A DNA stretch of 64,000 bases, taken from contig KZ538527.1 of assembly GCA_000934665.2 (NCBI GenBank), positions 1-64,000 on the forward strand, in the 5' to 3' direction. The notes beneath the pieces are model-generated. The model did no database searches. It saw only the letters and a program-made list of their open reading frames with translations, and was not told where the DNA came from. The translations under genes and the position numbers were made by a program. This DNA is from Catajapyx aquilonaris (Eukaryota). Positions 50,370 through 62,667 of the stretch are shown piece by piece. How positions within the stretch are numbered: the stretch's first letter is position 1; each line of letters starts with the position of its first letter.

Positions 50370-50554
50370 AAAGCGTCGGTAATAAAATCAGTAATTAGCA
50401 ACAGATATTTTACTCGGCGGCTCAAAACTACATATCAACACAGAACTCGGGGTGTCGCTGTTCTTCCACCGCAAATTTCATTGCTTTATGTTTCCTTCTT
50501 TTTTTTTGGCTTTGGACCTACTATTAACAATGGGTGTGTGAAACTGCTAGGAGA

Positions 50555-51560
50555 CTAGTGCATGTCATAGACGCTCTGGAGGGCCAGCTCGGGTTGGTCG
50601 TACCCAAGCTCCTCTGGGGTGTCCATGCCCAGCTCCGTCAGGGTTGGGCGGATCTCCTGCGATGAGAACATGTCAAATGGCGTACAGGCACCTTGCAAAC
50701 GCAGCACTGTACCTGCAGTATGTACGGGTAGATCTCCTTGACCCTGTTTCCGCACTTGTCCTGGACTGCCTCCAGGAAGCGGACCCCCAGGGCGTAGTCG
50801 TTCACCCTGCGGCATGCTCGCAGGGCAGACGTTATGATCTTCGGCTCTGGAACCAGGTCCATCCCGCACAGGTCGTTCATTGCCTGCAAACGGTTCCGCA
50901 TGTAAAATCGCAAAGACAATCGATCACTTTTTTCCCCCCTTACCTTACGGATCTCCCATCCATCGATGTCCTTGCGGTTGAAGAAGGCCTCGTAGCGGGC
51001 ATCAAACTCCTCGTCCGTCTCCTCGCTGTGCTTGGACAGCCGGCTGCTCGTCACTGTTGGAGGGACATACATAAAAATTACAAGATAATCACTGCAATTA
51101 CAAGTAATTTCACACTGTATTGTTTGGCATTGCCAGGTCCTGCAATGACTAGTTTTATGGAATGTCGTTTTCATTAAGCAAATTTAAACACCATAAATAT
51201 TCACTATTCACGTAATAATAATACTTATTATTATTATTGCTGCTACTGCTGTATTAAGAACTTATATTAGCATTTAATGTTAGTTTTTTTCATAATTTTG
51301 TTATAACTGCTGTTAATAACTTGTATTAGTATTTAATTTTAATATTTTTTATATATTTTCCATATTCCATTTCACATTTATTTTACATTTCTTTCTTTCA
51401 TTACACACATTTGCACTTCACTCGATATTTTCCATTTTTATTTTATAATTTTAATGTCTCCCATATTAATAACTGCTATAAAAAATATTAACAATAGCTA
51501 CTGCCATATTTCGATTTTTTGGAAAATTATTTATCCACCACGTTATGAATGCATTTCCCA

Positions 51561-51598
<38 letters not shown>

Positions 51599-52157
51599 TC
51601 ATATTTTGGGTTAGCTTGCGGCTCCCATCATCGCTGGCAACCCTTATCGGGAAATGTCGTGATGACAATTATTATTGTTATTATTATCTCTACCCCATGG
51701 CATAATACGCACCATCCAGTATCTGTATTAAAATATTAGTGTACGCCCCAATTAACAAACATAACTCATATTATTATTATTATTATTAACGCAGTTGTAT
51801 CCGGATATAACGAACTTCAAGGGACCACAAGTTATAACCAAAGTCTGTTATAGCGGAACACACATGCCATATATGGAAGTATTCCGGGGCTGGCGTCCGT
51901 TTCGAGTCTGTTAAATCCAGGGTCAACTGTAGTACTATGTAATTATATTATGTAGTATTATGAACTGGAAAATATTGACCCGGTCTTAACCCACCAGTTT
52001 TCAATCTTAATTTATTAATTCATTATCCCCCTCCCTCCCCCTCCCCATCATCCTTCCTTCCCCTGGTTGGTGTCCCCCCCTCACCCGAGATGCTCCTGGA
52101 TGGAACCAGTGCCTGCCTGGAGACCTGCAGCGCCCGGGACACGAAGGATCGGAGCAT
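50555..52157 (-). CDS. COX5A: Cytochrome c oxidase subunit 5A; four exons (first 52157-52085, second starting 51053)
   Basis: Presequence [11 protein letters not shown]..., [79 protein letters not shown]. Confidence 0.95.
51792..51929. mobile_element. Short pogo/Tigger-like MITE in COX5A intron 1
   Basis: CAGTTGTATCCGGATATAAC...GTTAAATCCAGGGTCAACTG|TA imperfect TIRs. Confidence 0.55.
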
Positions 52158-52618
52158 GTTTGGAGCGGCGGAGGCGAAGAGGAACCAGAGCAGACCCAGG
52201 GAGAGTCGATCTGATCGCGTTCCAAAAGAAGAAGACGCGAAGGTCGTAGGGCAAGATGGCGGCCGGAAGTGGAGGGGGAAGTGGAGGGATCCGAACGGCG
52301 ACAGCAACGAGCAGACGAAATTGTCCGCCACGAGAACCACGAAGCGACGAAAGTGCCGGATCATGCTCCACCTAATTGTTCATTAATTATAATTAATTAT
52401 AATTGTTTAAATACGGAACAATCAACGCCGGTTGGGCAGCAACGCCCGTCGGAATGCGGCTGGGTGCTGCCATCTTGCGGGATTCCAGGGAAACGGCGGG
52501 ACGGTACTGTATTTGAGCTGGTATAGTTGAACGCCCCTTAACTTCAGAGGTTCTGTTGGCACTCCTGCTGGCCATTGTTGATTCAATGGTGCCAGCAGCC
52601 TTTTGGGATAGACCGAGG

Positions 52619-52979
52619 CAGGGAGCATAATATATTATACTACATAAGAGGCGCAAACATTCGATTTCCGCGTCTCTCTGTTTGGGGGCGTTGCCAAGGC
52701 TGGCGGCCATCTTGAAGTGTGGGGAACGCCAACGAGGTATAAATAGGGTACAGGCAAAAATATGGTCCGCCATCTTTGATTCGCGCGTGTTCTTGCCGTG
52801 TAGTTGCCATGGCCGCCAAAACCATCAAAGATGGCGGACCCTATTTTTGCCTGTACTTATACCTCGTTGGCGTTGCCCACACTTCAAGATGGCCGCCACC
52901 CTTGGCAACGGCCCCAATCAATGAGACGCGAACATCAAAGGCGCCGACAGAAGTTTGCGCCTCTTATGCATGCTCCCTG
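52619..52979. mobile_element. Palindromic MITE, P-element-like, copy 3
   Basis: Same arms with a diverged right end; TSD not evident. Confidence 0.8.
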
Positions 52980-53149
52980 GTATGATTCAGTAATTTAATA
53001 TTTGTGCCACTGAAACGCTGGTTTAAGTGAGAAGTTAATATGTAATTTAGCTGCACACAAAAAATTATTAGGTGTCAATACATTTTTTTATTCTACTCGT
53101 TGAGCTCGCAGCGTGTCGACAACAGGCCTGGATTATATCAAGATTATAT

Positions 53150-54493
53150 TCACTTGAGTCCAGGAACACGGTATAAAAACTCTCCGTCGTCGTCATAGAA
53201 GCAGTCTCCCTTCTTATAAGTTACGCCTTTCTTACGGGGCTGATCTGAAGGCAGCTCAATGCGCTCAGGTGCTGCATTGTTGCGTCCGTATGGAAGTTGG
53301 TACCCACGAGCCGGATCGTACATGAACGCCTCGGACGCTTCCGGACGACTAGTTGGTGAATCTAGACGCATCTCGACCTTCTCAGTCCTGGCGTACTTCG
53401 GCGGCAGCTCAAACCTGGCTGACTGTTGATCCCGTATGCCTGAAGCCAACTTGTCCAGTACTTCAGTCTTGAGCTGGGTCAAACTGACCCTGTCGACTGG
53501 CGGCTTGACCTTGTCATCCGTCGTCTTCTTTCTGGGGCCAGCGATGGACAGCAGCTTAGTGAACGGGCCTACGATTTGCTCGGGAGGCTTACACATCACT
53601 TCCGATGGCTGACCTGAAATGCAGTTCATTGTTACAACGTTTCAATTGGTTGACTTGCGAACATGCCTTCTGGATCAGGCGAGTCTTTAATCCTGTGCAG
53701 GTGTGTCCGTAGCGCCTCTTTCGACACGTAATCTGGTAGGAGTCCCGATTTGGATATGATCCTCCAGCGGTGGTACACGTTCTCGTCGTGTCTCTTCACC
53801 CTCTCTTCATTCTCAGGTTTCCAATCGCCCCGTATGAGTCTTCTGGCTCCCTCGACCGACACTGGAAAGCTGGCGGATATGGCTTCGGGGCTCCACTCGT
53901 CCGGACTCTCCCTGTGCAGATGCCTGATGGCCTCTTTCTCCGTCCAGGTCAGGAGGTTTGGCTCCTTCGGCCTCAGGTCACGGAAGTGCTGTCGCTCCAC
54001 GTTCTTGAGCCGACCCTTTCTGTTCCTCGCCTTCAGTTCCAACTCGTGAAGTCCTTGCAAATGCCTAGCCTCTTCTTCGTCTGGCTCCAGATCACCCGGG
54101 TCAAAGTCAGCGTCAAACTCAGATGCCACATCCTCACCCGGCAAGGTCACGGCCTTCATCTGCCTTCTGATACCTGTCATATCAAAGGATTTTGGCTATC
54201 AATCACCTACATTAATATTATTAATTATGAAGCTCTCACTCTAAATTATGTGTTTGCACGTGTTTTTCTATTTTATTTATTTGTCAAAATTTATTATCAA
54301 AATGTGGGCCTGGAGATGCATGTTATAATAATTTACCCGGATCCGTCTTCTTCCAGGGCTTCTTCTGTTGCACCACCGCCTTTGATGGCTTGTTGAAGCG
54401 CCTGGTAGCCGGAACCAACCCGGAGGACCCGCAAACCCGGAGTCCTTCCCGGATAATCGAGCTCCGGATCAGAAAGCATGTCTTTCCTTGCAT
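53150..54493 (-). CDS. NGRN: Neugrin (mitoribosome assembly factor); exons 54493-54337, 54173-53667, 53613-53150
   Basis: LLTWTEKEAIRHLHRESPDEWSPEAISASFPVSVEGARRLIR matches the neugrin core; C-terminal FYDDDGEFLYRVP; phases consistent if intron 2 is GC-AG. Confidence 0.82.
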
Positions 54494-54746
54494 TATTAAT
54501 TATTTTTTTTTTTCAATAATTTCTGTCGGCCATTTTGGTCCGTTCCTTTTGTTTTTTGGAGAGGGGAACGTTCCTTGGTGTAAGACTGTTTGGAACGAAC
54601 TGAAATGGAACGAATTCCACGTTCGAATTTTGAAGGCGCCAAAACCTATTCCGAAGATTTCGTTTGGCTATTCCCGCAGGAAAACCCTCGCCTTGTTTTC
54701 CTGCGGGAATCTGTCTGGGAGGAGGAGGAGGAAGAAGAAGGAAAAG
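54494..54746. promoter_or_regulatory. Bidirectional promoter NGRN / F-box gene
   Basis: Divergent start codons about 250 bp apart; AAAATGGCCG on the minus strand at ~54527. Confidence 0.6.
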
Positions 54747-57700
54747 ATGCAGCACATCGGAATGGCACTGGTAATCTGCAAACTATCAGTACGAATATAA
54801 CTATAGGGTACTGTACGCGCAAACAGATTGTTCTGCAAATTTTGCACATTTTCTGTCTTGAAAAACAATCCAGAACACACAGAACAAACCGTGTGCAATT
54901 AGACCTCTAATTTCACATGCATTCCACTACATTTTTACGTGGTAAACAATATGTTTTAAATGGTTTAAATATATTTTTTCATGCCCCTTTTCCACTTGTA
55001 GAATACAGCTCTTCAAGGGTTCTGTCCAGAACAGGTTTTGTTTTCTTCTCTCGAACTGTCACAATTTTTAGTGTAAATTGTTCTTAATAATAATTATGTG
55101 AGAAGAAAATGGTAAACTCAGCTCTATCCATTTTTATTGGTATTGCAAAATTCCCCTTTAAAAAAAAATCAGAATTTTGCAATTTTCTACTTCAAACTCG
55201 GCACAGGAGATTCTATAAAATTTATAGAATCTCCTGTGCCGAGTTTGAAGTACTATTTAATAGTACGTTATTTTAATTTATATTAATATACTAATTGTTC
55301 ATGTATAATTCTTATTCTTATTATTTCTTATTATTATTATACTAATTGTTCATGTATAATTCTTATTCTTATTACTTCTTATTATTATAATACTTATGTT
55401 CATATACAATTTATATCATTATACTTATGTTCATATACAATTTATATCATTATACTTATGTTCATATACAATTTATATCATTATACTTATGTTCATATAC
55501 AATTTATATCATTATACTTATGTTCATATACAATTTATATCATTATACTTATGTTCATATACAATTTATATCATTATACTTATGTTCATATACAATTTAT
55601 ATCATTATACTTATGTTCATATACAATTTATATCATTATACTTATGTTCATATACAATTTATATCATTATACTTATGTTCATATACAATTTATATCATTA
55701 TACTTATGTTCATATACAATTTATATCATTATACTTATGTTCATATACAATTTATATCATTATACTTATGTTCATATACAATTTATATCATTATACTTAT
55801 GTTCATATACAATTTATATCATTATACTTATGTTCATATACAATTTATATCATTATACTTATGTTCATATACAATTTATATCATTATACTTATGTTCATA
55901 TACAATTTATATCATTATACTTATGTTCATATACAATTTATATCATTATACTTATGTTCATATACAATTTATATCATTATACTTATATTCATATATAATT
56001 TTTATTACATAATAATTATTGAATACTATTATTGACTTATTGTTGTTGTTATTAAAATTTTATGTTATTATTTTTCAAGCAATAGTGGACCAAAATCGAC
56101 TTTAGAGATGGATTTTGTACACTAAAATTATTTAATGAAACAAATAATTGTGTAACACTGCATTTGTTTGTCTTAATCATTGAATTACAAATAATAATTA
56201 TAATTGAGAAATTAAATTATTAATTACAAATAATAATTGGTTTGATAAATTAAAACAAATTATTAATTATAAATAATAATTTAATATGATAAATTAAAAC
56301 AAATTATTAATTATAAATAATAATTTAATATGATGAAATATATCAATTTATTAATTACAAATAATAATTTAATTTGATAAAATATATTCATTTTTAATTA
56401 CAAATAATTTAATTTGATAAAATACATTCATTTTTAATTACAAATAATTTAATTTGATAAAATATATTCATTTTTAATTACAAATAATTTAATTTGATAA
56501 AATATATTCATTTTAAATTACAAATAATTACTGTATTGTAAACCTACATTTTCTGAGAGCAGGAGTATTTCAATTTCTTCCCCCAATAACTGAGTATAGA
56601 CCAACATTTTTTTTACCTTATGTTTCTGCTAATTATGATTGGAAAAAAGTCATTAATTTTTTTGATAAAACTAGTTTACACCATAGAAAACAGCAGGTGC
56701 AATATTATTTTTGTCATATTTTGGTTTGTAAGACACACTCGTACTCATAATAAGAAAACTTGTGATAATTCCTATAGTAGGCTACTTGATATTTTCAGGC
56801 CCTGAATGGGACGTACTCCAACCTCCCCAACGAAGTACAGAAGAAGATCCTGCATCTGTTGCCGCAGCAAGACCTCATGTTGGGTGCTGCTCTTGTGTCC
56901 CGCAGCTGGTGCAGGATCGCCAGAGTCGTGCTGCAGCGCCGGAGAAGTGTGAGGCTAAGCGGCTGGAGTTTGAGGCCTTCAGGAGCCGTCCAGTTGATCG
57001 AATGGATGCTCAACTTGAGGAAGGTGCATCTGGTGAACTGGGACCAGTGGGCTGCGGATTCACTGGTGTGTGCCATTGCGGCCAACCATCCCAACCTGGA
57101 GGAGCTGGACATGGACAACGTCTTCCTCTATGCAGGAAAACCGCTAGAGCAGGTGGCGGAAAAGTGAGTGCAGCAATAACACAAATTCCATTTTCTCAGC
57201 AATTATTTTCTAAAATGATAAAGTACTACTAACTAATCATGTAATATCTCAACAGTTGTAGTCGACTGAAGGCTGTCAGAATGGAAACATGCGGAATCCA
57301 GTCTTCTATGCATCCACTGGACATCTTCGCAATCAGTGCAAACCTGGAGAAAATTGCGCTGGATGTGTATGGCTGCCACATCCAGCCTCTGGACAAATTC
57401 ATTGTGCGGAAGTGGTCTCGACTGGCAGAGGTCGATCTGTGCTGTCGGCATGGGCATCTGTTTGATCGTGACAAGGCAATGGAAGTCATCGCATGCACGG
57501 TTGGAGGTAGGTACCGGTACCTCGTCTTAAGTAAACCAGTTTGTACTTAATTTTCTTACTAGTTGAAGGACTGCTGAAGAAGCTTCGTGTCGGCAACTTG
57601 GAGATGACCGACTCGTACGAGTATGTCGGGTACTGCTACAACCTGGAGGAGCTGGACCTCCCGACGGCACGCAGCATTCCACAGGACATACTCACCGCAG

Positions 57701-58137
57701 TCTTCACCAACATGAAGAGACTCCGCCAGCTGAGTCTGGGCACCTCGTGGATGCACACCCCGAACGACCCTCCATTCAGAGGCATGCAGGAAAACGTCGG
57801 GCAGCTGAACCCAAAAATGGAGTACGCCACTTATTATGAGAACCTGAACAACGCCAGCGTGGCGTTCATCACCATCCGCTGCCCTGGCCTGACCCACCTG
57901 GCCATCAGCTGCTGCAGGTCCTTCACCAACAGAGGTCTTCTTGAGCTGGTCGTGAGGTGCTCCAACCTCCAGTTGCTCCACCTGGAGCGGGGCTACCACC
58001 TGGACCTCAGCGAAGATGCCCGCAGATGGTTCAGTGAAATCAACCCAGGTCTTCACATATGCACGATGATGAATAATATTGCTCCGGACTGCATGACGGA
58101 GTTTCTCACTTCCTTCCAATCCCTATGGTTGAAGTGA
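54747..58137 (+). CDS. F-box/leucine-rich repeat protein; exons 54747-54770, 56799-57163, 57256-57506, ~57563-58137
   Basis: F-box NLPNEVQKKILHLLPQQDLMLGAALVSRSWCRIA, then LRRs (HPNLEELDM, CSRLKAVRM, CYNLEELDL, CPGLTHLAISCC, CSNLQLLHL). Confidence 0.82.
55188..55252. repeat. Perfect 65-bp palindrome (32-bp arms, 1-nt centre)
   Basis: TACTTCAAACTCGGCACAGGAGATTCTATAAA a TTTATAGAATCTCCTGTGCCGAGTTTGAAGTA. Confidence 0.95.
55390..55997. repeat. Near-perfect 31-bp tandem repeat, about 19 copies
   Basis: Unit TACTTATGTTCATATACAATTTATATCATTA; explains three spurious ORFs offset by 31 bp. Confidence 0.95.
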
Positions 58138-59489
58138 AAAAGTCTCGCGAAACTCATGGGAACAACTATACTGGTGATGATCCATTACCATATATTTTTT
58201 CCCTCCCAGTTTGATTATAGTTGTTACCAAGAGCTAATTGTTACGAGTAGTTTCATCACAGGAAATATTTATAACATGTTACACACTGGAAAAGATCATG
58301 AAAAGATTCAGTGTCCAAGAATATTATTATGACAGGCAAGATCAATGGTAATGTCCTGTTGCAGCAAAATATGTTGTTGGATTATTTTGAAGTTTATTTC
58401 CCACAGACCAATATAAAATGTGGGACAATAATGTATGAAATGATGTACTTTATTAATTGTAATTTATTGCCAAGCTATTTATTTATTGTTGAATGTCCAT
58501 GTGCAAGAAGCATGATGAGTGTAATAAAGTTTTTGACAATGTTTAATTTGCTTTTACTTTCAAGACATAAACTGTGTAATGATTACTTCTCCGAACCTGA
58601 TCACTGTACACGCCGGTACATACCAATGTATTTATTATTAATATTGCATTTCTTAGTACAAGCATAATTATATAATGAACAGCTAGATATGATTTGTGAG
58701 TAGCCTATAATTAATATGATCAAGAGCTTATTAGCTCTTGATATGATATAATTATTAATTGACTTTTAAGATAATATATTATGCTTTTTATTGGCAGACG
58801 AAAATGTAGGATTTAAAACTGAAGAAGCATTGATATTCACTGCGCTGTTGAGAAAAAATGAAGCAAAATTTATGAATTATTATGTGTTTTTGTCTTCTTT
58901 TTTTAAATATTCATTACTTTATTGCAGGGTTGGAAATATCCGTAATTATGCTGCATGTGATATGATAACCTTCAGAAAATAGCCCGCCAAATCCTGCAAG
59001 GACATGTTAATGACCTCAGTAATCAGTGTCACGTCCCATTCAGTACACGCACGCAATTCTTATTCACATAATACGCAAATATAACACATTAAAATACATT
59101 TTTTCCCCTTCCACATGTGCGCTCTTTCATATCCCAATTGATATAATAATTTTTATTTGCATATATGCCTGTTGACTATCTTCCTGCTCCTTCCCTAGAT
59201 TCCCCCCTGGAGCCTTCCCCCCTAGTCATATTATCAAGGGCATTTATTTCGGCCTCCTTTTTCACACACACACCAAGTGCAAAGTTCTGCGACCTTGCGC
59301 CGCACACTACTTCTGTACACCCATGGCCATCACAGTGTGTCGCGACAACTAGTGTGGGCCTGGAGTGTGTACGGCTTCAACACGAGGTCATGAACCCCGT
59401 ATGATCCAAACATACGGCATGTTATTGCATTTACTTTCAATGAGATTAAGCCCAACCGGCTGATTTGGGTGCGGACTCTCACTTGAGCC

Positions 59490-59720
59490 CGAATGTACGT
59501 GTGACGTCACTAGTGGGGTAAGGCGGGGGATGACGTCACGAGGCGCGTGCCTCCCCGCCCATTCCCTCCTCCCGTTCTTTCTTCTCACATAGGCTTTCAA
59601 TGAACGCCGCCATCTTTCGACTCCTAACATCACATGACCACATTCCCATCGCACGATTGGTCCAAACGGATAAGAAGCAGCAAGATGGCCGCACCTATCA
59701 ACACAAAATGGCGGAACAGC
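59490..59720 (+). promoter_or_regulatory. CpG-rich housekeeping promoter of the last gene
   Basis: Two TGACGTCA palindromes (~59502, ~59531), GATTGG, AAGATGGC and AAAATGGCGG motifs; downstream donors at ~59841 and ~60094 and an acceptor at ~62223. Confidence 0.6.
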
Positions 59721-62385
59721 AGCAGTGAGGGGGAAGGGGGTCGGGCGTCATCTCCGGCCGATTGTAGCATACCAGCTGTTTTTTTTTGTTAGCTATAGCC
59801 GCGATTTGCTGTTCTAATATGGACCGGATTTTCCGGATTTGGTATGATCCGGTGCGGAACTACGGTCCGGATTGTGTCCATGTAGTGTCCGGTTTGCGGT
59901 TTTTGGACGTTTTATTCGGGCGTGGACTTCTGTGCGTTATGTCGGACCGGTAGCTAATATCTGTCGCTAATAAGCAGGCGTGTGCTAGTACGCATGCGCC
60001 TCCCCCTCTTTTCCTCCCCCTCCCCTTGAAATGAAGGAAATTTTTTTTCGCCCCCCTCCGCTGCTAGTGAGGCTTTTGTGAGCGCAAATTCCAGGTAAGG
60101 CGGCTCGCGTTCGATTCTCTCTCCCCTTCTTTTAACTGCAACAGGGGGATCGGACCCCCCATGCACCACCCCTTGGCTCTATCCCCAATGTGCCGGGTGG
60201 GATTGAGCCGGTTCGATAACCCGGCATGGTGAGAGGGGCAGGGGCGGCCCCGGGGCGAGATTGGGGAGGGGGGGGGGGCGGAGTGTTCCACCGGCGGCCA
60301 TTTTTTGGCGGAGGGGACTTTCGGGGAGGGTGGGAGGGGGGAAGTAGGGCTGGATGTGATTGGGAACAGGAGGGCCGGGGGTGCGGTCCCAGCATAGGGT
60401 TTGGACACAGGGGCGGCCCCCGCTGTCAGAATGTGGGGGTTGGCAGGCCTGATCAAATTGCGGGGTTGGCACCCCTGGCCGTGTGATTGATGGGGTTGGC
60501 ACGCCTGGTGCATACTGTGGGGGGTTGGCATGCCTGGAGTGATTTTTAAAAAATTATAATATTAATAACGTTCTAATGAGATTGCGCAATTAAAGCCACC
60601 GAGGCAGCCTTTGTTCATAATATTTTATAGCATAATGGTTGATGTAATGAGTGTAATGAATGCAATGAAAATTAATCAGTGGATCGTGTATGAACTTGCA
60701 TGTTCTTATGGCGGTCGCTTCCATGTAATTGTTGCGTACTCGACAGTGAAGCTGGCTATCCTCATGTTTTATTAATGATTGAGAATATTTTTATATTAAT
60801 AATGTGTTTTAATTGCACGGAATTTAAGCACTGAGGCAGCCGGAAGTTTCATTAATCGCAATTTACAATATTTTGTAGTAATTATTAATCAGTGGACAGT
60901 GCACATTCTCGTTGATAATTTATAATATTAATTATTAATCAGTGGACAGTATGAAAGTGCATATTCTCATTGATAGTTTATTATGTTATAATTAGTGAGC
61001 AATATGAAAGTGGTTATTCTCGTTGATAATTTTTTAGTAAGTGGGAGTCTATGAAAGGGGTCGTTTTAATAACCGCCGCTTGCGTGTAATTGGTGCGTAC
61101 TCTGCAATTGAAGCAGCGAGACAGCCTGAAGTTCTATTAATAATCATTATTAGTTTGTCAGCTCAAGTGCTGTCCAACGCAAATTACATCATTGCAGATT
61201 TATTAATGATTATTAATAAAACTTCTGTGGCGGTGCTTCAGGCTTCATTTATTAATTAATACAATAAATTACAAATTTTTGGTGGAATTTTCATTGTACT
61301 AATAGTTACTGCTAACTAAGCACTACCCTGGTACTGCCAAGTTAGAAGTAACTAGTAGTACGACGAAAAGTCCGCCTGTCGTAATTTATGATGTTAATAA
61401 GTGGAGCGTACAAAAGCGCATGTTGTAATGACAGTGTTTTGATCGCAGTTCATGTTGCTCATTGTACGATATCAAAGATAAGCATTATGCGTTCCCTGAT
61501 ATGCCGACAAATTTTTAAAAACAATATAAACAATGCATGTGTTCATGTCGATTTGTAGCAATCGAACAAGCGCTTAACATTAATTACCCAATGCGCAGCA
61601 GACGTGATCATACAAAAGAAGCAGTACTGTGGGTTGATTCCACCTTCAGGCTGGGATTAATTTAACCACGCTTTTCTATTCATGGCTGCGTATTGATTTA
61701 TTCTTCCCACGCCGTTTTCTTTCTAAGGAAAAGGGCAAACTAATTTCGCAGTAATAATTAGTAATTGATATAGCGACTGTCTCAATTTACTGTACCAGAA
61801 GATGGGGACCGCGATTGTGAACTTTGACCTCAGAGGTCAGGATAATGATTTTGCCAGCCCTGTTTTCCACTCCACAGTTTCTCCGATTATCTTGCACCGT
61901 CATCGTCTCTGGAAAATAATTGAAGAGCTACGTAAACGCAATTACTTAGCAATTACGGGTGGAATTTTCGGCCCTCTGCTAGTTACCACTAACTTAACAT
62001 TGCTAGCCTAGTTTATAGCTAATGTATCCAGGCTTATGTTTGTTTAATTTGTTAGCAAATAGGAATCATAGCAACTTGTGTTGCCAGGAATTGAATTCCG
62101 TGGTGTCAATGCATGTGGTGAGTTAGAACTTGATTTTTCCAGTGCGCCTTTTGCCGATAGGAACTTAACATGTCTTTTCAAGGGAACGGTGGCTTAACGT
62201 TGTCTTTTTCTTTCTCGTTTCAGTCTGTAAATAGTGCGTGTACATAAAAAAGCAGCACCTTACCCCTCCCCTTTCAAAACCCCTGCTCCCAGTGAATTGG
62301 GAGATCCCCCCAAACACGCCTATTTGAGGCACCATCTGCAAGAGACCAAGGTCCACCACCCGAGTCAACCATCGGGACGAAACAG

Positions 62386-62667
62386 ATGAGCTCTTCTGGA
62401 GGAGGGAGGAGCGGAGGTGGGGGCAGGGGCGGACCCAAGTCTGCCCCACCTCCCACCTCCAGAGGCGGCGGGAAGGACGCAGGAGGAGCCTCGGACTCCC
62501 AGCCCGCCCTTCCTCAGACCAACTCTGCTCCGGGACAGACCCAACAGACCCAGGGGCCTCCGGTGGCCACAGTCGCTCCGGTGCAGAAGGTCAGCCAGAA
62601 ACAGCAGGCAGACGCAAAGGTCGACTCGGCCGGGAAAGGAGGAGACAATCGGAAGATGGCTCTGCAG
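62386..62667 (+). CDS. First coding exon of a gene continuing beyond the window; Gly/Gln-rich N-terminus, tentatively UBAP2/lingerer-like
   Basis: MSSSGGGRSGGGGRGGPK...GGDNRKMALQ followed by phase-0 donor CAG|GTCAGC; coding-like composition. The family guess rests on low-complexity sequence only. Confidence 0.55.

Noticed and set aside
55396..56035. Three ~200-aa ORFs
   Set aside because: Translations of a stop-free 31-bp tandem repeat inside an intron.
60432..60537. CRISPR-like repeat-spacer pattern
   Set aside because: Eukaryotic intron, repeats and spacers too short, no cas genes.
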